Shown here one piece after another: positions 1 through 11,332 of a stretch of 64,000 bases of DNA (the stretch's first letter is position 1; each line of letters starts with the position of its first letter). The DNA is taken from NCBI GenBank assembly GCA_964016885.1, contig OZ024741.1, forward strand, positions 56,606,001 to 56,670,000. Reading direction: 5' to 3'. The notes under the pieces were generated by a model. That model searched no databases. It was not told where the DNA came from and worked only from the letters and a program-made list of their open reading frames with translations. The position numbers were made by a program, and so were the translations under genes. Source of the stretch: Eledone cirrhosa. Its lineage: Eukaryota.

Positions 1-62
<62 letters not shown>

Positions 63-821
63 GTATGTATATATATATATATATATACAGTATATATATA
101 TATATATACAGTATATGTATATATATATATATATCTACAAGTATAGACATACATATGAGGACGTCCAAGCAATACCAATTTTGCTCATCGATGAAATTAA
201 TTTATTAGAGCATAATAAATTTATAATTGGGAAATGTAAACAAGATAAAAAAAAATATTTATATATATATATAACATCCCCTCACCACTTTCTTTTGGTC
301 TCATTAACTTTATTTTGGTCTTGCATCCAACACAATAAGACGCCATCACTTATTCAACCTCTCCTATCACAAAAAATCTACCTCATTTGTAAAATACATC
401 AATATTTTATTGCTTTTTCAATGTTATCACTTTAATCACCAATGTCACTTAAGTCATTTCTATCTAACCATCACATCAAAACCCCAATATTATTTTTACT
501 CCATCATCATTTCCCTAATCATCAAAAAAATGACAAAAAAATGTATTCTTTCAATGTTCCAATTTTTTTAGATTTTTATTACACTCTTTCATCTGTACAT
601 AAACGCTTACACCGCTTTACTCCTAGAATCCCAGACCGCTATATTCTACTCCCTCTCTCTACATATGTATGTAAATATCTTCAACACAACGCAACAGACC
701 AGTTTGAAAGTCGCACCGAATGCGTGAAAGTTACCCAGATAGTTAACAAGGACTTAAAGTGCTCCAAAGAAATTAACAAGGACTTACCAGAACTAATATA
801 TATATATATATATATATATAC

Positions 822-1426
822 ATCAGCTATGCTGATGACACTAAGGTAGCACAGGCAATCAAAAACCCGGCTGACGCTGCCCTTTTACAAGATCTGGATG
901 CCATATACAAATAGGCGGAAGAAAACAACATGCAGTTTAATACTGCAAATTCCAAGCCCTACAATACAAACTTGCAAACACAAATACAGTAGAACACAGT
1001 TACGCACGACCAGGAGGGACCTATATCCCCGTGTCAAAATCGATACGAGACCTGGGTATAGACATGAGCGATGATGCATCTTTTTCCTCACACATCATGA
1101 AAGTGGCGACAATGTACAGACGACTCGCTGGCTGGATTTTGAGGACTTTCCGGAAAAGAGACCGTGACACCATGTTGACACTATGGAGGACATTTGTCCT
1201 AAGCCGGCTGGACTATTGCTCCCAGTTGTGGTCACCCCATAGTGTCAAACTAACCACGGAGCTTGAGGCAATCCAGCGAAGCTACACCAAGAGGATTGCC
1301 AAGATGAAGGAGATAAGCTACTGGGAGAGGCTAAAAGAACTGAACCTCTACTCCTTGTAACGAAGACGGGAGAGATACGCAATGATCTACACGTGAAAAA
1401 TCCTGGAGGGACTAGCACCAAACTTT

Positions 1427-1430
<4 letters not shown>
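822..1430 (+). mobile_element. CR1/L2-group LINE fragment (RT C-terminal half), degraded
   Basis: Translation gives SYADDTK...DLDAIY...NNMQFN, IRDLGI, RLDYCSQLWSP and YWERLKELNLYSL*RRRERY, with stops and frameshifts; bounded by (AT)n on both sides. Confidence 0.85.
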
Positions 1431-1487
<57 letters not shown>

Positions 1488-1492
<5 letters not shown>

Positions 1493-1610
1493 AAGAATAT
1501 TTTCGAAACAGCGAGCGAGTTTGAAATTATAAATGTAAGCTATCGCCGTATTTTGACTAAAAAAATTAAAGAAAATTATTTAGCATGATAGTGGGGTTAA
1601 GAACCCTCGG
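1488..1610. repeat. Dispersed (AT)n-attached repeat, copy 1 (copy 2 at 20799-20910)
   Basis: Both copies align over about 110 bp (aagtaa..tttcgaaacag..gtttgaaatta..ccgtattttgactaa..ggggtt.agaaccctc) and start at an (AT)n tract. Confidence 0.6.
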
Positions 1611-2168
1611 AGAAATGGAAAAAGATGAGTATTGACGTACATGGGAGTCGAACCCACATCTTTGGTTATATATATGTATGTGTGTGTGTATGTACAAATG
1701 TATGTATATATATATGTGCGTATGTATGTATGAGGTGTGTGGGTGTGTGTGTGTGTTTGTAAGTATGTACTTACGGTTAACCAGTTTTATAATATCTGGC
1801 TATAAATCAAATATCTATCGACTATCATTAATTAAGTCCCCTTTCTATGATGTTAAGCACTTCCGTTTGAAGTATTCAAAGCATCCAGGAAATATCGAGT
1901 TATAGTCGGTTAAAATCACAACATTTACTCAAGTGTGTGGGTAACCGATAAAATGATTAAACGGGTTATGACCATTGTAAAAATTTAGATATCTAATTTG
2001 GTGACATGAAATGCAAATTGAAATATGTTATAAATATGAAAAAACATATGGAGGTATAATACTCTAAACGTTAAACGGTTCGCTTAGGAAAGGAAGAAAA
2101 AATATAGAAATAATTATAAAAATAATTATAAAAAATGTGTATAGTTACACTTTGATAGTATATTAATA

Positions 2169-2788
2169 TAATTGTTTCTACTTTAGGCACAAGGCCAGCA
2201 ATTATACAGTGTATTACTGGTACTTTATTTTATCGACCCCGTAAGGATGAAAGGCAAAGTTAACCTCGGCGGGATTTGAACTCAGATCATAAAGGGCCGT
2301 AACTCTATACTGCAAAGCATGGCGTCCGACCCTCTACCGATACTGCCAATCCACCGCCCTAGGTAGTATATTAATATAATTGTTTCTACGTTAGGCACAA
2401 GGCCAGCAATTACCCAGTGTATTACTGGTACTTTATTTTATCGACCCCGTAAGGATGAAAGGCAAAGTTAATCTCGGCGGGATTTGAACTCAGAAGGGCA
2501 AGGGCCGTAACTCTATGCGTCAAAGCATGGCGTCTGACCCTCTACCAATACTGCCAATCCACCGCCATAGTATATTAATATAATGATTTCTATTATTGGC
2601 ACAAGGCCAGTAATTTGTGAGGAGGGGAAAGTCGATTAGATCTACCCCAGTACGTTACTGGTGCTTTATTTTATCGACCCCCGTAAGGATAAAAGGCAAA
2701 GTTAACCTCGGCGGGATTTGAACTGAGACCGTAAAGGACCGTAACTCTATGCAGCAAAGCATGGTGTCCGACTCTACCGATACTGCCA
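2169..2788 (-). mobile_element. Three tandem tRNA-derived SINE copies (2169-2360, 2377-2566, 2582-2788)
   Basis: Each has the core tactggtactttattttatcgaccccgtaaggatgaaaggcaaagttaacctcggcgggatttgaactcag (B box GAGTTCAAATCC on the minus strand); copies are separated by a repeated tagtatattaatataat. Confidence 0.9.
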
Positions 2789-2793
2789 TATAA

Positions 2794-2982
2794 TGATATT
2801 TTCAGAAAAAGCAGTCATAAAGATATGGAATTAGTAATTATTGAGTGCACGTGTATCAGTGAGGTGTTTGTAAACATTTACAGAAGATGGGTATGCACAT
2901 TCTTCAAGATACCTCACTGATACACTTGCACTCAATAATTACTAATTCCATATCTTTATGACTGCCTTTTCTGAAAATATCA
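2794..2982. repeat. Foldback inverted repeat (about 72-bp arms, 45-bp spacer)
   Basis: 2794-2865 is the near-perfect reverse complement of 2911-2982. Confidence 0.9.
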
Positions 2983-3471
2983 CATTTAGCATATTAATAT
3001 AGTCCAGGTTGCAGTGAATTTTCACGAACATTCTTTTTTTTCTTAAAAGGTCACATCAGTTATTGCCATGTTCATAATACCATGGACGTTCAACTATTTC
3101 CCAGTCGATATCATAGTTTGAAGAATGCTCTATGAATGACAAGATATGATAAGAGAGTTGGCTACCCACAGGTGCGAGCCCCACATGATAGTGTGGCTGT
3201 TCCAGCTCGTCTCTCTCACTGACCTCCGGAGCAATGTATTCCCCATCTTGTCGGCCAGGAACAAAAGACGGAGTAAGATAGTGCGGAGTAAGATAGTGCG
3301 GTGCAGAGTTCTCGTTAGGACGTCACACATATAGATATATACATACAAACTTTAACAGTTATTTGTACAAAATAGCTGAAACAAACATAATAAATTCAAA
3401 TTTGAAGCAATAAAACTAATGATTTAGTTTCGCTTCATCCAGGATTTTGAAATTATTGTTTGTAAAATCTC

Positions 3472-3877
3472 TACCCTTTGGTCTCGAATATTCCCCATTC
3501 CACGCCCGCTTATTCATTTTTCAGATCCCCCCCCCCCCCCCGCTCTTATCCCCCCCCCCCCCCCCACCAACTCTTATTAAATTTTGATAATCTATCTCCG
3601 GCGGAATTTTATTTTAAGTGGTAGCATTACTGTGACAATTAATTTTCTTTATATATTAAAAAAACATTATACATGACAAAAAAATACATTACTAGAAATC
3701 TCATGTTATAAAATAAAGAATATGGGTTGGGGTTTCAATATGTAAACTAAACGACTAATTCTGTAATTTTTTTTAAAATCAACAGAGACAACCTAGAAAA
3801 ATTACCGATTTTCCAACCCCCTTTGCTTATTCCAACTCCATTATTCTACCCCTCTATTATTTCGTACCCGAGAGTAT
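3472..3877. mobile_element. Possible Tc1/mariner-type MITE, degenerate
   Basis: TA-flanked imperfect TIRs taccctttggtctcgaata / tatttcgtacccgagagta and subterminal cttatt repeats. Confidence 0.35.
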
Positions 3878-4130
3878 TTGAAGTTATACCGATTTAGCAT
3901 TTTTGTTTGGTATCAAGATCTAGATTTGTTCTACTTAGCATGTGATGGTTTCTGCACTACAAAACCTGTTTAGTATGCGTGTGTTGATACCAGGTCAGGT
4001 ATTTTTTTCCCCTGAACATGTTTTACTGTTTATTGTAGTTTTCTCTTCTCTAAATACTCAATAATTTTTCTTCATATGATTCCTATAGTCAATAATTCCT
4101 AAGAAATGTTATTCCCACCATGGGACTGGT

Positions 4131-4184
4131 CTGTACTGATGAGACCACAAGAAAAAAACATTGCAGAAATATCGATATATACAG
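4131..4184 (+). ncRNA. Minimal type I hammerhead ribozyme motif, stem II degenerate
   Basis: ctgta-CTGATGA-...-GAAA-tatcgata-ta-tacag: stem I ctgta/tacag, intact core, palindromic stem III. Confidence 0.65.
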
Positions 4185-4347
4185 TTTGAATTAAATTAAA
4201 TGAACATATTGATTTTAATAATTCTCTTTCATTAAAAATCACGAAGACACGAATTTTGTGGTTGTTGCTTTACCAGAATTACTACTATAGCATAAAACTC
4301 TTCCCTCCATCCTGGGGAAACCAGTCAGAAATCAGCGTTATAATAAT

Positions 4348-4533
4348 TGATTCTACTTTTGGCACAAGGCCAGCAATTATCCCAGTGTATTACTGGTACT
4401 TTATTTTATCGACCTCGTAAGGATGAAAGGCAAAGTTAACCTTGGCGGGATTTGAACTCGGTTCGTAAAGGGACGTAACTGTGCTGCAAAGCATGGCGTC
4501 CGACCCTCAACCGATACTGCCAATCCACCGCCC
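4348..4533 (-). mobile_element. tRNA-derived SINE with perfect 16-bp TSD
   Basis: Same SINE core; tcagcgttataataat at 4332-4347 and 4534-4549. Confidence 0.92.
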
Positions 4534-5239
4534 TCAGCGTTATAATAATGAATGAGAGAAAGCTTCTTAAAAATATAGGAAATTTAAAGACAGGCTCCTT
4601 AAAAACTATTTTCAACACTATCTTATAACAATGCCACACGTTCTTTTGTTTTGTTGTAAAGGTCTATTCGACACAACAATAAATATTCATGTACATTCAT
4701 CAACAGAAATACTAGGAAAACATAAATATAAATTCTTTTTGTTAACATTATAGCTTCTTAAAGTTGAAATGTGAGACTGAGTGAGTGAGTGAGAGAGTGA
4801 GAGAGAGAGGGGGGGGGGGGTTAAGAGAAAATAGTATATAGGGAGAATGATAAAGAGTAAGAGAAGGAACGGTGGAAAGAGATAAAGGGAAAGTTAAAAA
4901 GACAACAGTGGGAGAGAGAGAAGAGGAGAGAGAGATAGAGAGAAAGAGATAACAGAAAGAGAAGAGACAGAGGGACAGAGAAAGGGAGAAAGAGAGGGAA
5001 AGAAAGAGGGGCCAAAAGAGGTACAGAAAAAGAGAAAGTGAGGGGCAAAGAGAGAGGAGAAAGTAAAGGGGAGAAAGAGAGATAGAAAGAGGGAGAACGA
5101 GAGAAAAGAAAAAGGAGTAGAAGATGAATATTCCAATTCAAAGAAGGAAGCGACAGGAAATAATATTAATTTTCTTGAGAACATTCTTGATTAGAATTTA
5201 AAATTTAATAAAGTTAACGTAATTTGTTTTGTTTTTACG

Positions 5240-5750
5240 TAACCCTTTCATTAGCATATTTCTAATGAAAGACGGGCGGCGAATTGACAAAATGCCTTAC
5301 AGTATTCGTTCAGGCTTTGTGCACTCTAAGTTCAAATCCCGCCCAAGTCAAATTTGTTTTTCCTTCTTTTGAGTTCGAAATAAAGTATCAATCCAAGATT
5401 GGGGTTGATCTTTCCTCTATATCTCTTTCTCACTTCAGCCCTATTACTGTTTCTCGTTCCTTGGAAGAAATTGGCAGTGTTCACATCTGGAGAGCGGACG
5501 GGCTCCGCCAGATTTAAAAGCTTTGAAATTCCATCAGGTGTTATGGACACTTTCATACAATAACAGACAATATTTTCAAATTATTTTGAAAATAATCAAG
5601 AATTTGGAAGTGTTTAGTAATATTACTAAATTCCTCATTATTGCAACATAAACTAAAAAAAGGTTCTTACATAAAATGTTTAAAAAAAAATATAGACTTA
5701 TTAGAATAAGAACTAAGGGTCGGTTTGAGGTGGTTTGGTATCAAAGGATT
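5240..5750. mobile_element. piggyBac-like (TTAA/CCC-ended) MITE interrupted by a SINE at about 5275-5560
   Basis: Starts taaccctttcattagcatatttctaatgaaa and ends ggtttggtatcaaaggatt; homologous to 35810-36020 and 38885-39124. Confidence 0.5.
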
Positions 5751-5774
5751 TGGTGTATTGTAAGGCAATTGTTA

Positions 5775-5953
5775 TTCTTTTGTTCTTTTATTGATTTAAG
5801 CCATTAGGCCGTGGCCATGCTGGAGTACCGCCTTGAAGGTATTTAGTCGATCATATCGAAGCTTACTGCTTCAAGTAGCACGTTTCATTGAACTCTTTTC
5901 GTGGAACTGCAAAGTTATGCGGCGTAAGCAGAGAGTAAACGTAAACTCACTCA

Positions 5954-6048
<95 letters not shown>

Positions 6049-6145
6049 AAAACACAGTTTTCATCCGAGGCATTTGTCATTCCGAGGCTATAGTCGAATA
6101 TATAGGCGTAAGCTACCACGTAGTGACTGAACAACTTAACACCAT
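5775..6145 (-). mobile_element. Second tRNA-derived SINE family with internal (CA)n
   Basis: gccgtggccatgctggagtaccgccttgaagg..tagtcgatcatatcg is the reverse complement of the 3' end of the plus-strand copy at 53240-53545. Confidence 0.7.
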
Positions 6146-6177
6146 AATTATGCCTGCGCCTAAAGTATTTAAATCTC

Positions 6178-7038
6178 GCAAAACGTCCGTGGAAAAAGTA
6201 CATAGCTAAAAATCACATGCAGGGATTTTTATCTCAATGCACCTGTAGGTTCTCGTACTAACGTATCATAATATTTTCTAACATGAATCCTTAAATGCAT
6301 GTTGCAACGCGGCGTAGCCAGTCGGAAGTCAGCACCTACTTGAGCAACGTGGCCTCCATCAAAACATCAAATTCATGGTGAAGCTAGTGGGAATGAGCAG
6401 CAAAATCATTGACGTTCATGAGTAAGTTTATAGAGACAATGCCCCAAAGAAATCAACAACCTTCAAATGGATAAGTCGTTCTAGAAGTGGAAGAAATGAG
6501 GTTGAAGATGATCCCCAGTTGAAGATGTAAAAGGCTGCTATGACATGGTTTAAATCACATGGCCTTCAGTTTTACAAAGATGAACTTAAAGGCTGGTATC
6601 AACGCTTGCAAAAGTGTATTATTCTAGAAGGGCGGTGGATTGGCAGTATCGGTAGAGGATCGGACGCCATGTTTTGCAGCAAAGAGTTACGGCTCTTTAT
6701 GGTCTGAGTTCAAATCCCACCGAAGTTAACTTTGCCTTCCACCCTTACGGCGTCGATAAAATAAAGTACCAGTAACACACCCCAGTGTGTTACTGGTACT
6801 TTATTTTATCGACGCCGGGGATATGTTAGTAACTGCCTCAATACAAATCTTGATAAGCTGGGCTTCACAGAAACAGAAAGAACACAACTAGTTAGGAAAT
6901 TACAAGTACAATCCATTAATTGCTCGGCCTTGTGCCAAAAGTAGAAACAATTATTTTAGATAGAACATATGTTGAAAAAAAAAAAACATCATAACCTCAA
7001 CTGTCCTTTTTCCACGAACCTTTTGAAGCACCCTCGTA
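6178..7038 (+). mobile_element. Internally deleted mariner (irritans/Hsmar2-like) element carrying a SINE insertion
   Basis: Remnants NIKFMVKL..VYRDNAPKKSTTFKWISR..GRNEVEDDP joined to ..TWFKSHGLQFYKDELKGWYQRLQKCI..YVEK; 3' TIR ttttccacgaaccttttgaagcaccctcg+TA; degenerate 5' TIR caaaacgtccgtggaaaaa. Confidence 0.8.
6630..6955 (+). mobile_element. Chimeric SINE with an inverted duplication and about 100 bp of Dong LINE
   Basis: SINE head 6630-6780, inverted copy 6785-6817, Dong endonuclease-region sequence 6818-6920, SINE tail 6921-6955; TSD-like ttattctaga/ttattttaga. Confidence 0.85.
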
Positions 7039-7049
7039 TTGTAAAGACG

Positions 7050-7325
7050 GTGAATCGAATAGTATGCTTTGCTGTATTAGTTCCGCCTCATTGCACTCTC
7101 TCAATTCAAATCCCTCCGAGGTCAACTTTGCCTTACATCCTTTCGTGGTCGATAAATATAGTACCAGTCAAGTCCTTGTATCAATTCTTTATCTTAGTCT
7201 CTCTTTCTCACTCCCTTCTTTTCCTTCTCTAGAAGAAATCGGCTGTTTTCAGACCTGGAAGTTGAAACTGCTTAAGGCACGCTATATGTCACGGCGCCCC
7301 CTACAACTCCATTCAGAGTTATGGA
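7050..7325 (+). mobile_element. SINE subfamily with a different 3' tail (relatives at 5275-5560 and 54330-54762)
   Basis: B-box-like ttcaaatccc..gaggtcaactttgcct, then a CT-rich tract and gaagaaat.ggc.gtgttcagacctgga tail shared with the other two copies. Confidence 0.65.
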
Positions 7326-7535
7326 AGGATACATACGTATATACATACATACACAAACACACATACATACATAGATACATGCATACATACACACATGCAT
7401 ACATACATACAGACATACATAATACACACATACACGCATATATATACATGCATACACACATACATACATTTATACATACATACACACATACATGCATACA
7501 TGCATACACACATACACACTCACATACATAAATAA

Positions 7536-7932
7536 TTGTTGTTTGGGACCACATTAAAAACGTGCTCTGTTGTAGAAATCAACTGCCCACTTGATGTCAA
7601 CGGTGTAAGAAAAATACAAGGGAAGGACATTTACGGACCATTGATGAAGAGTTTGCAGATCCAGTATCCAAGATACACGTTCAGCTTCTACCCATCATTA
7701 TTGGAGCTACAGATTATATACCAACCAGCTTGGACCAAATTATGACTGAACTTGGATCTGCATACAAGGAGCGCAGCTCACTAATTCACAGACTACAAAT
7801 GGCTGCAATAGATGGCACCTTCAAAATTTGCAAAACATTCTTGCGATTCAAGGGTGAAAATTTCTTTTCTTTTACAACCTTCCCTCCAGGAAGGTGGCCG
7901 GTCAAAAATGTACATGAAATTAAGAGAAAGAG
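7536..7932 (+). mobile_element. 3' fragment of a second R4/Dong-type LINE family
   Basis: Translation CSVVEINCPLDVN...YGPLMKSLQIQYP.YTF and LIHRLQMAAIDGTFKICKTF is paralogous to the Dong endonuclease; flanked by (TACA)n. Confidence 0.8.
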
Positions 7933-7956
7933 AATACATACATACATACATACATA

Positions 7957-8546
7957 GTGGCTGCCAACTCGTTTTCGAGTACGGCCACTACTTTATATCC
8001 ATGTAGGAAAACCCCTACCGATGCGCTGAACGAGTGTGACATTTTAGTCCAGCCAGCGACTTGAAAACTCTAGTACAAACACTACACTTGTGACAATTAT
8101 TGACACATAGTGCTGGGCCCATGGTACCATGTGACGACAAGTGCAGAGAGATCTCCAGATACAAAGCAATGCCTGTACCGTGAAGCTTTTATAGTGAGCA
8201 AAGGCACTGCACAAAGTCAGTCCCACTCTCTTAACCAAGATGATATTTACCAAAAAGAACAAGTCAACATCATTGGATACCATCAGGGTTGCAGGTGTTA
8301 TATCAGAGTTTTCCTTCTCCTAGAATTCTGCCTTGACAAAGGCTAAAGGGTCATCTCTCCCGGTGATTTTGGATGGCCATTGACTCTTAAGAGCTCCTTT
8401 TCCCTTTGACAGGTTTTGTTTTTAGTCCTGCAGGATGTCCAAAGTCACCCTCCTCACCAAGAAACCTTGTTAGTCGCCAACGACCCGACCATGAGCCAGG
8501 TTGTACTGGGATACATGTTACCAGTAGCACCAACTGGTGACCTGAT
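7957..8546 (-). mobile_element. About 590-bp non-coding bipartite RTE-derived non-autonomous element with (ATGT)n tail
   Basis: RTE-5'UTR-like motif ctaggagaaggaaaactctga; 3' stem-loop gtggccgtactcgaaaacgagttggcagccac followed by (ATGT)n; second copy at 61980-62349. Confidence 0.65.
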
Positions 8547-8638
8547 ATACATACATACATACATACATACATACATACATACATACATACATACATACAT
8601 ACATACATACATACATACATACATACATACATACATAC

Positions 8639-9200
8639 GCAGGCATAACAGAACAGATATAATGATATGGGACAGGGAAAAGAAGGCATGCACAGTAGTG
8701 GAAGTTAGCTACCCAGCTGATGCCAATATAATATCAAAGATTAGCGAAAAGGAGAATATTTATGCAGAACTAATGAGAAATCTGCAGATACTCCACCCTG
8801 ACTATATCTTCAGATTTATACCTGTGATTATTGGGGCACTGGGATATGTTAGTAACTGCCTCAATACAAATCTTGAGAAGCTGGGCTTCACAGAAACAGA
8901 AAGAACACAACTAGTTAGGAAATTACAAGTACAATCCATTAATGGAACAGTAAAAATATGTAAAACATTCCATCTAATAACTGCATATACACATGTACAG
9001 ATACAAAGCGTATGCACATGCACACATACAACTCAAAACATCCACATCCACACATACAATAACATCCATACCTGCACACACATGCATGCAGACAGCCAGT
9101 TGATGTTGTGTAAATTCCAATGAGAGAGTCTTGTGTCTATGTTAGAAACCGACTCTCCTTCTATTGGTAAAAATTTGTGAAATTATAAAACCAGAAGAAC
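8639..9200 (+). mobile_element. 5'-truncated Dong/R4 LINE (endonuclease end plus 3' UTR)
   Basis: HNRTDIMIWD..VVEVSYP..K (PD-(D/E)xK-type); 3' end aaaccagaagaac joined to (ATAC)n. Confidence 0.9.
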
Positions 9201-9681
9201 ATACATAAATACATACATGCATACATACATAAATTCATACAAACATACATAATACATACATACATATATATATACACACATATATACACATATGTATATA
9301 CACACATATATACACATATATATACACACATATATATATATACATATATACATACATACATGCACATACATACATACACATACATACATACATACACACA
9401 TATATACATAAATACACACATATACATACATACATATACATACATACATACATATACATACACAGGTACATAAATACACACACATATACACATATGCATC
9501 CATACATACATAAATACATACCCACACATACATACATATATACACATACATACCTACATACACACACACAAACATATATATATACATACACACATACATA
9601 AATACATACATACACATACATACATTCATCCGTACATACACATACATACATACATACATACATACATACATACATACATAC

Positions 9682-11094
9682 ATTGGACGATAGACGAAAT
9701 CCGAGCAGTTGATGTTGGAACTCGGAAAATACTGAACAACACCGGAAACTTCCACATCAACAGTGACATAGACCGCCTTTACTTGAAACGTAAGCAAGGA
9801 GGCAGAGGCCTAACATCAGTCCAGACAACATTTGAATGTCGCATCATATCTCTCCGACAACATCTACGAACCTCGAAGCGTAGGAGCCCGCTTCTCGAGC
9901 AAGTCTATCTGCATGAAACAGATAAGATCATGAGAGTTGGGAAGGAATTCCTTGAGAGATATTCCCTGTGTGATAATCAAAAACTCACACCCAGGGATGT
10001 CGCTCAGCAGTATCGCAGTGAATCCATGGATGAAAAACTGCATGCCAATCAGCCAAAAATCATGCATGGATATGTTGCCAGGAAGCTCCAGAGTGAGAGT
10101 AATATAGATAAGGAAAGTAGTCTATCTTGGACCAACAACCGCTATATTGGTTCCCACTTTGAAGGATACGCTTTTGCAATCCAAGAACAGGAGATTAGCA
10201 CGAAATACCTGATTCACAAAAGAGATAGGGATGCAGGCAAAACAACCTAGATGTGATAACAAGTGCAGACTCTGCAGAACTAACATCGAGGATATCACCC
10301 ATGTCATCAGCAGCTGCCCAAAGATGTCATCGCGGTACTATCTACCTATGAGGCATGATGTAGTGGCCAAAACACTGTACAATGCAGTTCGTAGAAAAGA
10401 TAGCCCCGATAATAAACACATTAAAAGCTACAACAATGTGGAAGACATCCATGTACATAATATGAAAGAGTACTGGTGGAATGTTTCAGTAAAAACCTCA
10501 ATAAAATGCAGGCATAACAGACCAGATATTATGATATGGGACAGGGAGAAGAAAACATGCACAGTAGTGGAAATTAGCTGCCCAGCTGATGCCAATATAA
10601 TATCAAAGATTAGTGAAAAGGAGAATATTTATGCAGAACTGATGAGAAATCTGCAGATACTCCACCCTGATTACACCTTCAGATTTATGCCTGTGATTAT
10701 TGGGGCACTGGGATATGTTAGTAACTGCCTCAATACAAATCTTGAGAAGCTAGGCTTCACAGGAACAGAAAGAACACAACTAGTTAGGAAATTACAAGTA
10801 CAATCCATTAATGGAACAGTAAAAATATGTAAAACATTCCAAAAATTTTGCATCTAATAACTGCATATACACATGTACAGATACAAAGCATATACACATG
10901 CACACATACAACTCAAAACATCCACATCCACACATACAATAACATCCATATCTACACATGCATGCATGCAGACATACATACATATCTACCTAGTTGATGT
11001 TGTGTAAATTCCAATGAGAGAGTCTTGTGTCTATGTTAGAAACCGACTCTCTCTCTATTGGTAAAACTTTGTGAAATTATAAAACCAGAAGAAC
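9682..11094 (+). mobile_element. 5'-truncated Dong/R4 LINE (thumb, CCHC knuckle, endonuclease, 3' UTR)
   Basis: ORFs 9783-10250 and 10231-10857: RKQGGRGL, CRLC..EDITHVISSC, RHD, HNRPDIMIWD..VEISCP; one frameshift; (TACA)n on both sides. Confidence 0.93.
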
Positions 11095-11332
11095 ATACAT
11101 AGATACATACATGCATAGCTAGTCAATGCGATCAGTCGCACATTTTGGCTTCGGAGACTATTCATTAAATTTAAGATGAATACTATCTCCGAAAGTAATG
11201 CTACAACTACCAGTCATGTTGAATAACTGGTTATTCTTCGAACTATATCCACTGAAGACACCTTTTATTCGAATTCGTAGAGATATCCTACTAAATACAT
11301 AATTCATTTTACAAGGATTTGCTACAAACAGC

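Noticed and set aside
700-740. Hammerhead-like ttgaaag-tcgca ccgaa tgcgt-gaaag (similar weak case at 18708-18790)
   Set aside because: Core too degenerate and flanking stems unclear
2270-2360. tRNA genes at SINE heads (also 35120-35190 and 1640-1660)
   Set aside because: A and B boxes are present but there is no full cloverleaf, and the first two continue into SINE bodies
3050-3327. Solo LTR ending in ..acgtcaca
   Set aside because: Only one plausible terminus; no matching end or TSD found
8440-8546. HDV-like ribozyme at the 5' end of the RTE-derived element
   Set aside because: P4-like and P2-like pairings are visible, but I could not place P1, P3 and P1.1 by eye
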